From assembly GCA_963716395.1 (NCBI GenBank), contig OY970309.1:3264001-3328000 (forward strand): DNA of 64,000 nucleotides, given 5' to 3'. This DNA is from an uncultured Fibrobacteria bacterium. Lineage in GTDB: Bacteria; Fibrobacterota; Fibrobacteria; UBA11236. Under the pieces are notes generated by a model. It did no database searches. It worked only from the letters and a program-made list of their open reading frames with translations, and had not been told where the DNA came from. The position numbers and the translations under genes are program-made. Positions 47,747 through 56,443 of this stretch are shown piece by piece; position 1 is the first letter of the stretch; each line of letters begins with the position of its first letter.

Positions 47747-50700
47747 AAATTTTCTCCTCGGCCGGTTTCTGGATTTCCGTGGCAGGCCTGATCCTGGCCG
47801 TGGCGCTGTTCTTCCTTTTGCCGTTGCTGGGCGTTACGACCGTGGGCATTCGCCTTCTGCTTGCGCTGTTACCTCTGTTGTTGGGTTTGCTGTTGTGGCT
47901 CCTGCTTCGCCTGCTGCGGTTGAAGCGGGCCATCCGCGCCAAGGACTCGACGGGTTTCGAGGGGCAGGCCTTTGCGTCGCAGTTGACCATGCCATGGGCC
48001 GAAGCCTTGCAGCGGCAGACGCGCGAAGCCCTCGAAATTTTGCGTACCTCGGCCAAGAGCAAGGCCGGCGTCGGCCGCAACCCTCTCGATATTTACCGCT
48101 TCTATTTGGTGCTGGGATCGGAAAGCGCGGGAAAATCGACTTTGCTCGAACACTCGGGCATTCACTTTCCCCGCCGCTTTCCCGGCGCCGCCGAACTTGC
48201 GCGCCAAACCCAGACCTTCACCCAATGGTGGTTTTCGGGCCAGGGTATTTTTCTCGAAACGCCCGCGCGCTATGTGACTGGCTCGGAGGGCGATGACGAA
48301 CTTCGGGTTTGGCTGGAACAAATGCGCCGCGAAGGCAAACGCTTGGCCATGGACGCCGTGGTGCTCGCCATCAGTTTGGAAGAACTGTTGGCCGGCGATG
48401 CGGCTGCGCTCGCGGCCCGCCACCGCGAGCGGATCGCGGTCATCCTTTCCACGCTGAAACTGGATTTGCCGGTATACGTGGTGTTCACCCATGCTGATTT
48501 GCTGCCCGGCTTCGGCGACTTCTTCGAAAACCTGCGCGACCCCGACAGCCAGCAGGTGTTCGGCGCCACCTTGGCGCTGAAAGGCAGTCTGGCTTCGGCG
48601 CGCGACCGCTTCGAGCGCGAATACCGCCGGGTGTGGGACACCTTGGCGGCGCGCGTGCCCTATCGCTTGTCGCAACTCAATGACCCGGGTCAAAAGCAGC
48701 GGGTGTTTTCCTTTCCCAATGAATTCGGCGCGGCCCAGGAACGGCTGGCGGCCTTTTGCGAACACCTCTTCAAAGACACCATGGCGCGCGAACGCGCCTT
48801 GTTCCGCGGCTTCTTTTTCACCAGCGTGCGTCAGCCCGAAACGGACGAAAGCGGGGCCTGGGTTGAAAGCGGCGACCCGGCGCTGCATCCGCTGGATGTG
48901 CGCGCCAAGCTGCGATCACCCAGCGGACCGATGCGCCCCGAACCGCAGAAGGCCCGCGCCCTGTTTACTCAGCTCCTGTTCAATGGCGTGCTTAAAAGCG
49001 ATCGCTCGCTGGCCCAGATTCCGGGCTACCGGCTGGGCAGCCTGTCGCGCAAGGCTTTGCTGACCGCCGGCGGCCTTTCTCTCCTGGGTCTGCTCATCAT
49101 CGCCTACGGGGTCACCGGTTACCTCAAGGGAACCGCCCGCTTGCGGCGCCTGGCCACGGCGGCGGAAACCGCGTCGCAAATCCGTTTCGCCAATCCCTCT
49201 TCCTTCGAGCGCGAATTCGCGAACCTCTCGGAACTGGAAGCCCAAATCGATTCGTTGGCATCCGGCCAAAATTCTTCCTGGCTGATCCCGCCGGGCTTCG
49301 GCCACGCGGCCGATGCGGCCGATCAGGCCGGCCGCCTGCACGCAGTGCTGCTCGACCGTCTGGCCCTGCGCGATGTGGTGCGCGATTTGGCGGCCTCGCT
49401 GGAAATCGCCGCCAAGTATTTCAACCCGGCGGATCACGGGACGCTGCATGATAATTTGCGGCTTTATCTGTTGCTCACAACCCAAGGCCAGCCGCATCTG
49501 GAAGATGTGCGCCCCGAGGATTTGACCGCGGCCCTGCAGGCCCCGGTCGCACAGGAAATCACCCGGAAAATGGGGGCCGAAAACTTGCCTCCCAATTTTG
49601 AAGCCGAACTCCAGCCGCATCTGCGTCTGTGGGCCCAGAATTTCATGATCGGGCGCCAGCCGGCTTTGGCCGAAACCGATCCCAACCTCACCCGGGACGT
49701 ACGCGCCGCTTTGCTGGGCAATCCCAGCATCGACGGGCTGTATAACTCCATCGTGGCCGCCGAAGATCCCTCGCTCAACCTCACCCTGGAAACCATGGGG
49801 GTCCCCGCCGACGGAATCTTGAAAAGCAGCGCCCAGGTGCGCGGTTTCTACACTAAGGCGGGCTTTGATCAAGGAGCCCTGCAGGCGCTGGCCGACGGCG
49901 CCGAGCAGCCCTACCGCCGGGACTGGGTGCTGGGCGACTCCGTTACTGCCAAGTTACCCCCGGAAATGCAGGACAAGCAGAAGCTGGCGCATGCCCTCGT
50001 CGACCGCTATTTCGAAGCCTACGCCGAGGAGTGGACGCATTTCCTGCAAAGTCTGTCGGTGCGCGTGCCCCCCGAACCGGGTCCGGCCGCGGGCAAGTTG
50101 GCGGGTTTCGCCTCGGTGAACCAGGGGTTGCCGTTGGTTTTGAACCGTGTACTGACCGAAGTGAATCTGTTCGCACCACCATCGGCAGCGGATTCGTCGG
50201 TGATGAAGCGCGTCAAAGCCAGTAAGTTCAACAAGCTGGCGCAAATGGCGATGGCGGCCCGCGATGCCGACAAGAAGGCTCTGCAGGATAAATTTAATTT
50301 TGTGCAAGATCTAATGGGAACAGGTGGTTCGGGCGGCGCTTTACAGGAATACTTTAACAGCGTGCGCGGCCTTTCCGACGTTTTGAACCGCATCTCGCTT
50401 TCGGGAGACGGATCGGGTGAAAACCTCGACGCGGCTCAACAATTGTTCCAGGGCAAGGTCGACAACCCTCTCAATATCGCGTGGAACGAGGCGTCGAAGG
50501 CCAGTGTTCGCTATGAAACGCAGGCGTGGCTGGGCCCCCTGCTGGAAGAGCCGGTGCGCGATGTGGCCGGCAATCTGATCGCCAGTGCGGGCCGCTATCT
50601 GGAAAGCCTCTACGAGACCAAGGTGGCACCCTTTTACGTGCAAAACCTGAAGGGCCGCTATCCCATCGCACGCACGGCCACGCTGGATGTGAACCTCGAA

Positions 50701-51357
50701 GACTTAAAGGCTTTTTTCGCCGCCGACAATGGCGTCTTTTCCACTTTTCTCAATACCAAACTGGGTCCTTTTTTGCGGCCCGCCGATAACGGCTTCGCCC
50801 TGGCCACCTGGAACGGATTGCGTTTGCCCATGACACCAACGGCTCTGGCCACCTTGAGCCGCGCCCAAACCGTGGGGCAACGCGTGGCGGGTGACACGCC
50901 GGGCGCCTTCCGCGTCAGCACCTTGAACCTGACCCTTCCCGAAGCGCATAACACCACACGCGTCACCCTGCGGCTGGGGGATGATCAGATGAGCGTGAAA
51001 ACGGGCGAAGGCCAGGCACGGCAAACTTTCAAATGGCCTACGGAAACCTCGTACAAAGGCGCTGATATCACGGTGGAAACGCCGGGTGGCGCTGTACAGA
51101 CCAAGCATGCCGACGGCGCCTTCGCCCTGATGAAATTGCTCGATCAAGCGCGCGCGCTGAATGTGCGGCCCGCCGGCTTCACGGCCAAATGGCGCTTTAC
51201 CGTGGCTCAGCGGTATGACGTCGACGTTTCTCTCGACGGCAATTTGCCGGATCGCGAAAACCCCTTCAGCACGCCCGACTACTTTCACTTCGAACTCCCC
51301 GCGAAACTGATGTCCGAATCGGTGCCGGCCGTGGCCGCCGGAACGACCGCACCCTAA
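47743..51357 (+). CDS. tssM: T6SS membrane subunit TssM (IcmF)
   Basis: N-terminal TMs, Walker A GSESAGKST, WWFS, LPVYVVFTHADLLPGF, FRGFFFTS, third TM, GRYP; ATG 47743 overlaps the tssL stop. Confidence 0.92.
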   Translation: MKIFSSAGFWISVAGLILAVALFFLLPLLGVTTVGIRLLLALLPLLLGLLLWLLLRLLRLKRAIRAKDSTGFEGQAFASQLTMPWAEALQRQTREALEILRTSAKSKAGVGRNPLDIYRFYLVLGSESAGKSTLLEHSGIHFPRRFPGAAELARQTQTFTQWWFSGQGIFLETPARYVTGSEGDDELRVWLEQMRREGKRLAMDAVVLAISLEELLAGDAAALAARHRERIAVILSTLKLDLPVYVVFTHADLLPGFGDFFENLRDPDSQQVFGATLALKGSLASARDRFEREYRRVWDTLAARVPYRLSQLNDPGQKQRVFSFPNEFGAAQERLAAFCEHLFKDTMARERALFRGFFFTSVRQPETDESGAWVESGDPALHPLDVRAKLRSPSGPMRPEPQKARALFTQLLFNGVLKSDRSLAQIPGYRLGSLSRKALLTAGGLSLLGLLIIAYGVTGYLKGTARLRRLATAAETASQIRFANPSSFEREFANLSELEAQIDSLASGQNSSWLIPPGFGHAADAADQAGRLHAVLLDRLALRDVVRDLAASLEIAAKYFNPADHGTLHDNLRLYLLLTTQGQPHLEDVRPEDLTAALQAPVAQEITRKMGAENLPPNFEAELQPHLRLWAQNFMIGRQPALAETDPNLTRDVRAALLGNPSIDGLYNSIVAAEDPSLNLTLETMGVPADGILKSSAQVRGFYTKAGFDQGALQALADGAEQPYRRDWVLGDSVTAKLPPEMQDKQKLAHALVDRYFEAYAEEWTHFLQSLSVRVPPEPGPAAGKLAGFASVNQGLPLVLNRVLTEVNLFAPPSAADSSVMKRVKASKFNKLAQMAMAARDADKKALQDKFNFVQDLMGTGGSGGALQEYFNSVRGLSDVLNRISLSGDGSGENLDAAQQLFQGKVDNPLNIAWNEASKASVRYETQAWLGPLLEEPVRDVAGNLIASAGRYLESLYETKVAPFYVQNLKGRYPIARTATLDVNLEDLKAFFAADNGVFSTFLNTKLGPFLRPADNGFALATWNGLRLPMTPTALATLSRAQTVGQRVAGDTPGAFRVSTLNLTLPEAHNTTRVTLRLGDDQMSVKTGEGQARQTFKWPTETSYKGADITVETPGGAVQTKHADGAFALMKLLDQARALNVRPAGFTAKWRFTVAQRYDVDVSLDGNLPDRENPFSTPDYFHFELPAKLMSESVPAVAAGTTAP

Positions 51358-51372
51358 CCCTCCGGGAGCCCT

Positions 51373-52911
51373 ATGGCATCGCTGCTCGAAGAATTGCTCC
51401 AACCCATTGCGCCGGAAAGCTTCTGCGGTGAAGACGCGACCTACGAAAGCGAATTCGAAACCGCCAAGGCCGAAGCCGAAAAGTTGTCGGAAAACAATTG
51501 GACCGTGATGGAAGAGGCGGCCCACAAGCTGCTGACCACGAAGTCCAAGGATATGCGCGTGCTGGGATTTCTGGCGCTTTCCACGGCGCTGACCAAGGGG
51601 CTCACGCCTTTTGCCGAAGCCGTGCAGGCCTATGTGAAGCTGGTCATGGAACATTGGGAAGACATCCACCCCAAGCGTCCCAACGGCCGCGCCAACGCGT
51701 TGCGCTGGTTGAACGAAGAGCGCGTATTGTTTCTGCTTTCCGGATTGGGCAAGGCGCGCGGTGATTACGAAGCGCTGAAAGCCGCCGCGGAAGGATTGCA
51801 GCAATTGCAAACCTTCTGCGATGGAAAATTTCCCGGCGGTAGCCCGCCTTTTGTGGGCTTCGCCAAAATCGTGCGGCAATTCGCCGATAATAACCAGCCC
51901 CGCGCCGAACCGACACAGGCCGAAACCGCGGCGGCGGCGGAAAACTCCACCCAGCCCGCGGCCGGCGGCGGCGTGCCGGCAGCCTTGGCGTCGTTCGACG
52001 ATTGCCTGGCGGCCTTGCAAAACGTGGCGGGCTTTCTGTTGGGACAAGACCCCACCAGCGCCCTGGGGTATCGCCTGACGCGGCTCGCCCTGTGGTCCGG
52101 CATTACCGGCAATTTGCCCAGCGAAGACGGCATCACCTTGCTGCCTCCGCCTTACGCCTCGACTATGGAAGGCTTCCGCAACTTTTTCCAACAATCGCAA
52201 TGGGTCGAATTGGTGAAAAGCGGCGAAGAAATGCAGGGCGCAGACGGCATGTTTCTCTGGCTGGACTTGCAGCGCTTTATCTGCACCGCGCTCAAGGGAC
52301 TGGGCGGCAACCATGCAGCCTGCGCCAAGGCCGTGATGCAGGAGCTGGCGCAAATGCTGCTGCATGCTCCGAGCTTGCCCGACCTCAAATTCAATGACGG
52401 TACGCCTTTTGCCGATTCCATGACCAAAGAGTGGATTGAAGCCGAAGTCAAGCCCTCCCTGGGTGGCGGCGGAGGCGGTGGCGGCCTGCCGGCCATCAAA
52501 AAGAAAGGCGACGTGGGCGAAGAGCAGAAGCAGGCCTTTTCCCTCTTGGAAGAAGGCAAATTGGCCGAGGCTTTGAATGTATTGCGTACCGGATTGGCCA
52601 ATGACAGCAGCCGCAAGAACAATTTCGACCGCAAACTGCTTTTGGCCGATTTATGTTACAAGGGAAACAAAGCTCACATCAGCCATGCCCTGTTGGGCGA
52701 ATTGCGGGAGCAAATCCAACATCACGATTTGGAAAACTGGGATCCCGAGTCCTGTTTGCAGGTTTACCGTTTGACCCAAAAGGTTTGTTCGGCGCTGGCG
52801 GATTCGGCCGGCGAAGCGGCCCCCTCGTTGCGAACCTTGGCCCTTGAGGCCCATATCAAAATTTCTAGGTTGGATGCCGTGGCGGCTTTTCAAACCGACC
52901 CACCGGCTTAG
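51373..52911 (+). CDS. tssA: T6SS protein TssA (ImpA_N plus VasJ-like domain)
   Basis: LLQPIAPESFCGED, SKDMRV, WEDIHPKR, FLWLDLQR, LKFNDGTPFAD...W, WDP. Confidence 0.9.
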   Translation: MASLLEELLQPIAPESFCGEDATYESEFETAKAEAEKLSENNWTVMEEAAHKLLTTKSKDMRVLGFLALSTALTKGLTPFAEAVQAYVKLVMEHWEDIHPKRPNGRANALRWLNEERVLFLLSGLGKARGDYEALKAAAEGLQQLQTFCDGKFPGGSPPFVGFAKIVRQFADNNQPRAEPTQAETAAAAENSTQPAAGGGVPAALASFDDCLAALQNVAGFLLGQDPTSALGYRLTRLALWSGITGNLPSEDGITLLPPPYASTMEGFRNFFQQSQWVELVKSGEEMQGADGMFLWLDLQRFICTALKGLGGNHAACAKAVMQELAQMLLHAPSLPDLKFNDGTPFADSMTKEWIEAEVKPSLGGGGGGGGLPAIKKKGDVGEEQKQAFSLLEEGKLAEALNVLRTGLANDSSRKNNFDRKLLLADLCYKGNKAHISHALLGELREQIQHHDLENWDPESCLQVYRLTQKVCSALADSAGEAAPSLRTLALEAHIKISRLDAVAAFQTDPPA

Positions 52912-52935
52912 TTAATAGTTTTATTAATAGTTTTA
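52912..52935. repeat. Perfect 12-bp tandem direct repeat upstream of tssB
   Basis: TTAATAGTTTTA twice, immediately after the tssA stop; strongly AT-rich in a GC-rich genome. Confidence 0.75.
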
Positions 52936-52984
52936 GGCGCACGCATGACGATTAATCCACGCATTGCCCACAAGGAGGGTCACC

Positions 52985-53524
52985 ATGGCCAGCGGTAGCA
53001 GTTTTCAAAATGAAATCCCCCCGGCACGCGTCAACATCAAATTGGATTTGGACAAGGGCGGCGCCCAGAAGAAGATGGAATTGCCCTTCAAAATGCTCGT
53101 GCTGGGCGATTTCTCCCAGAAAGGCGACAGCGGCAAGCTGGTGGACAAAGAGAAGATCAATATCAATAAAGACAACTTCAACCAAGTGATGGAGTCCATG
53201 GACCTCGGGCTAAACCTCACCGTGGAGAACAAGCTCAATCCGGCCGGTGGCGATCTCAAGGTCGATCTCAAGTTCAAAAACATGAAGTCTTTCGACCCCA
53301 TGGAAATCGTGAAGCAGGTACCGCAGCTTTCCAAGTTGCTCGCGGCCCGCAACCTGGTGAAAGACCTGAAATCCAACCTTATGGATAACAAAGAGTTCCG
53401 TAAGAAACTTGAAGCCGTTATGCAGGATCAAACGGCCATGGATTCCCTGGTGGCCGAACTCGACAAGATCGTGCCCATGGGTGAAGAAAGCAAAGAAGCG
53501 GGCAAAGAAGAGCCCAAAGCTTAA
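52985..53524 (+). CDS. tssB: T6SS contractile sheath small subunit TssB
   Basis: SFQNEIPPARVNI, ELPFKMLVLGDFS, INKDNFNQV, FDPMEIVKQVPQL; RBS AAGGAGG. Confidence 0.96.
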   Translation: MASGSSFQNEIPPARVNIKLDLDKGGAQKKMELPFKMLVLGDFSQKGDSGKLVDKEKININKDNFNQVMESMDLGLNLTVENKLNPAGGDLKVDLKFKNMKSFDPMEIVKQVPQLSKLLAARNLVKDLKSNLMDNKEFRKKLEAVMQDQTAMDSLVAELDKIVPMGEESKEAGKEEPKA

Positions 53525-53557
53525 GCAACAGCCACAAGCATTCTCGGGAGGAACGGC

Positions 53558-55048
53558 ATGGCCGAAGAGAAGAAATCGCTGGTCAATGAAATCCTGGAAT
53601 ATATGGATATCAAATCTGCGCCTACGGAAACGGTGGATTTGCTCCAGTTCCGTGAAGAGCAGGACTTGGCTGAAATCGATGCCAACAAACGCATCACCGC
53701 GGCTTTACGCGTTTTTCTGGGCGCCATCACCGAAGGCGCGGCGGTGGAGCGCATCGACAAAGCCGTGCTCGATCAGCAGATCGCGGCTATCGACGAAAAG
53801 ATCTCCTCGCAGCTTGACGAGATCCTGCATCATTCCGATTTCCAGAAATTGGAATCGGCATGGAAGGGTTTGAAATTTCTGGTCGATCGCACCGACTTCC
53901 GCAAGAACATGAAGGTCGAGATCCTCGACGTTTCCAAAGAGGCACTGCAAGAGGACTTCGAAGATTCGCCCGAAACCATTCAAAGCGGGTTGTACAAACA
54001 CGTGTACACCCAGGAATACGACACTCCGGGCGGCGAACCTGTGGGCGCCATCATCGCCAATTACGAATTCACCTCCAAGCCCTTCGACGTATCGCTGTTG
54101 CAAAACGCCGCCAAAATTTCGGCGGCCGCGCATTGCCCCTTCATCAGTTCTGTAGGTCCGGCTTTTTTCAACCGAAAAGACGCCCGTGAACTTCCGGCCA
54201 TCGAAGATCTCGGCACCTATATGGAGCGCGCCGAATATCTCAAATGGAAGGCCTTCCGCGAGTCGGACGATTCGCGTTATGTCGGTCTCACCTTGCCGCG
54301 CTTTCTCCTCCGCCTTCCCTACGGACCCGATACGACTCCCGTCAAAGAATTCGTATACCGCGAACAGGTCACGGGCGCGGAGCATGACAAATACCTGTGG
54401 GGCAATGCCGCCTTTTCCATGGGCGCCAACCTCGCCCGTTCTTTCGCCGACCACGGTTGGTGCGTGCAAATTCGCGGACCCGAAGCCGGCGGTAAGGTGG
54501 AAGACTTGCCCATTCACAACTACGATGTGGGCCGCGGTAACCAAATGAAAATACCCACCGAAATCCTGATTCCGGAAACGCGCGAATTCGAATTTGCCAA
54601 TCAGGGATTCATTCCCCTGTCCTTTTACAAGAACCGGAATTACGCCTGTTTTTTCTCGGCCAACTCCGCGCAAAAAGCGGCCTTGTTCGACGATCCGAAT
54701 ATCACGGCCAACAGCCGCATCAATTCGCGTCTGCCCTACATTTTCTTGACATCGCGTTTAGCCCATTATCTCAAAGTGATCCAACGCGAGAACATCGGCG
54801 CCACCAAGAACGCCTCGGTGCTCGAAGAAGAATTGAACGGCTGGATTCGCAACCTGGTGAGCGAAATGAAGAACCCGTCCCCTACGGTGGCTGCGCAGCG
54901 TCCTTTGAGCGCCGCGCAAATCAAGGTCACGGAATTGGCGGACAACCCGGGATTTTTCCGCGTGGCCATGGCCGTGAGTCCGCATTTTCAAGTCGAGGGT
55001 ATCGACGTGAACCTGCAATTGGTTTCGCAAATGCCCAAGGGCAAATAA
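53558..55048 (+). CDS. tssC: T6SS contractile sheath large subunit TssC
   Basis: QLDEILHHSDFQKLESAWKGL, EYDTPGGEP, AHCPF, PRFLLRLPYG, IRGPEAGG, RLPYIF. Confidence 0.97.
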   Translation: MAEEKKSLVNEILEYMDIKSAPTETVDLLQFREEQDLAEIDANKRITAALRVFLGAITEGAAVERIDKAVLDQQIAAIDEKISSQLDEILHHSDFQKLESAWKGLKFLVDRTDFRKNMKVEILDVSKEALQEDFEDSPETIQSGLYKHVYTQEYDTPGGEPVGAIIANYEFTSKPFDVSLLQNAAKISAAAHCPFISSVGPAFFNRKDARELPAIEDLGTYMERAEYLKWKAFRESDDSRYVGLTLPRFLLRLPYGPDTTPVKEFVYREQVTGAEHDKYLWGNAAFSMGANLARSFADHGWCVQIRGPEAGGKVEDLPIHNYDVGRGNQMKIPTEILIPETREFEFANQGFIPLSFYKNRNYACFFSANSAQKAALFDDPNITANSRINSRLPYIFLTSRLAHYLKVIQRENIGATKNASVLEEELNGWIRNLVSEMKNPSPTVAAQRPLSAAQIKVTELADNPGFFRVAMAVSPHFQVEGIDVNLQLVSQMPKGK

Positions 55049-55099
55049 CCGGTTTCTTTCCGGGTCGTTTGAAGACCTTTTGACATCTTCGCGGACTTG

Positions 55100-55137
55100 G
55101 ACCGAAAATCCCTTAGGGGACGATTTCGGTCTTTTTT
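55100..55137 (+). terminator. Rho-independent terminator after tssC
   Basis: GACCGAAA...TTTCGGTC stem with an inner TCCC/GGGA pair, followed by TTTTTT. Confidence 0.65.
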
Positions 55138-55276
55138 GTTCCCACCTCGATTTCGGATTCCCTTCAGCGTGACGGCCGTCACAGACAAGGCCGTCCGGAT
55201 ACGATAAATTATGCTCCATGGTACGCGAGTACTATATTTCCAACCACCATTCCCCCGAGCATAAGGAGATGCCAAC

Positions 55277-55783
55277 ATGGCACTAAATGCATACCTCACT
55301 CTCAAAGGCCAGAAATCAGGCGCAATCAAGGGGTCGGTGACCCAGAAGGGCCGTGAAGGCACGATTCAGGTCATCGCCGTGTCGCATGAAATCATTTCGC
55401 CCCGCGATCCGGCCTCGGGCCTGCCCACGGGCAAACGCATGCACAAGCCTCTGGTCATCACCAAGGAACTCGATAAGTCATCGCCGTTGCTGTATAACTT
55501 GATCGTGACCAACGAGAACATCTCGGACTTTGAATTGAAGTTCTATGCCTCCCAACTCAAGGCCAGCGCGGGCATCGGCCAGGAAATCAACCAGTACACC
55601 ATTAAGCTGACCAATGCCAATGTCGCCTCCATCAATTTCAAGATGTTGAACAACCGCAATCCGGACCTTATGAAATACCCGGAATTCGAAGAGGTGGCGT
55701 TCACTTATCAGAAAATCGAATGGACCTGGACCGACGGTGGCATCATGGCGGTGGACGATTGGGAATCCCCGATCACGGGTTAA
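55277..55783 (+). CDS. hcp: T6SS tube protein Hcp (TssD)
   Basis: AYLTLKGQKSGAIKG, PRDPASGLPTGKRMHKP, DKSSPLLY, EEVAFTYQKIEW; RBS AAGGAG. Confidence 0.97.
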   Translation: MALNAYLTLKGQKSGAIKGSVTQKGREGTIQVIAVSHEIISPRDPASGLPTGKRMHKPLVITKELDKSSPLLYNLIVTNENISDFELKFYASQLKASAGIGQEINQYTIKLTNANVASINFKMLNNRNPDLMKYPEFEEVAFTYQKIEWTWTDGGIMAVDDWESPITG

Positions 55784-55809
55784 ACGCAGCGCGTGTGTAC
55801 CGCCTTTTC

Positions 55810-55835
55810 AAGGCCGGGTTTTACCCGGCCTTTTT
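55810..55835 (+). terminator. Rho-independent terminator after hcp
   Basis: AAGGCCGGGT-TTT-ACCCGGCCTT perfect stem followed by a T run. Confidence 0.8.
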
Positions 55836-56003
55836 CATTCACCCTCCGGTCTGATGCTCCGTCCGCCGGAGGCGGACTGCAGGGTAGTTCATTTTTTTCA
55901 GGTCCGAAATCCTCGGATGAACTTGGGGTCGCTCCCATCTCCCACAAACGCGTAAAGATTCGATCAGCCGGCATGACCGTACCTCATTTCTAACTTCTGG
56001 TTT

Positions 56004-56438
56004 ATGTCCGGCCAAACCTTGGGCGAGGGTCTATTCGAAAAACTGTCGGGTCTGTACGCCGATGGAACGCCCGTCGATGCGGTTCCCAAGGAGTATCGAC
56101 GCGCCAAAAGCATCGCCGATCATTTGTGGCGGATGTACAATACGCGCCGCGGGGCGGTGCCGCATTTGCCCGATTACGGATTGCCCGACATCAACGAAAT
56201 TTATCAGCATCTTCCGGGCAGCCTGAAAATGCTGGAGCAGACGATTTTGGAGATCACCGCCAAATATGAACCGCGCCTGGAGCGCGTGCGTATCCGGTCG
56301 GTACCGTCGCCGCAGCAGGAATTCAAACTTTCCTTCGAACTCAGCGCGGCGGTGCGCGGCGCCGAACGCGTGTTATTCCAAACGCATTTCAGTTCCATGG
56401 GTCTGTCGAAAGTCGAAGCCTTGAACCGCCGCGGATAA
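56004..56438 (+). CDS. tssE: T6SS baseplate subunit TssE (gp25-like)
   Basis: SIADHLWRMYNTRRG, PDYGLPD, YEPRL. Confidence 0.92.
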   Translation: MSGQTLGEGLFEKLSGLYADGTPVDAVPKEYRRAKSIADHLWRMYNTRRGAVPHLPDYGLPDINEIYQHLPGSLKMLEQTILEITAKYEPRLERVRIRSVPSPQQEFKLSFELSAAVRGAERVLFQTHFSSMGLSKVEALNRRG

Positions 56439-56443
56439 AGCCC

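Noticed and set aside
55219-55233. Sigma54 promoter upstream of hcp (TGGTACGCGAGTACT)
   Set aside because: The -24 half resembles TGGCACG but the required GC at -12 is absent.
55850-55885. Hammerhead ribozyme (CTGATG followed by a stem)
   Set aside because: The core reads CTGATGC rather than CTGATGA, and no GAAA follows the stem.
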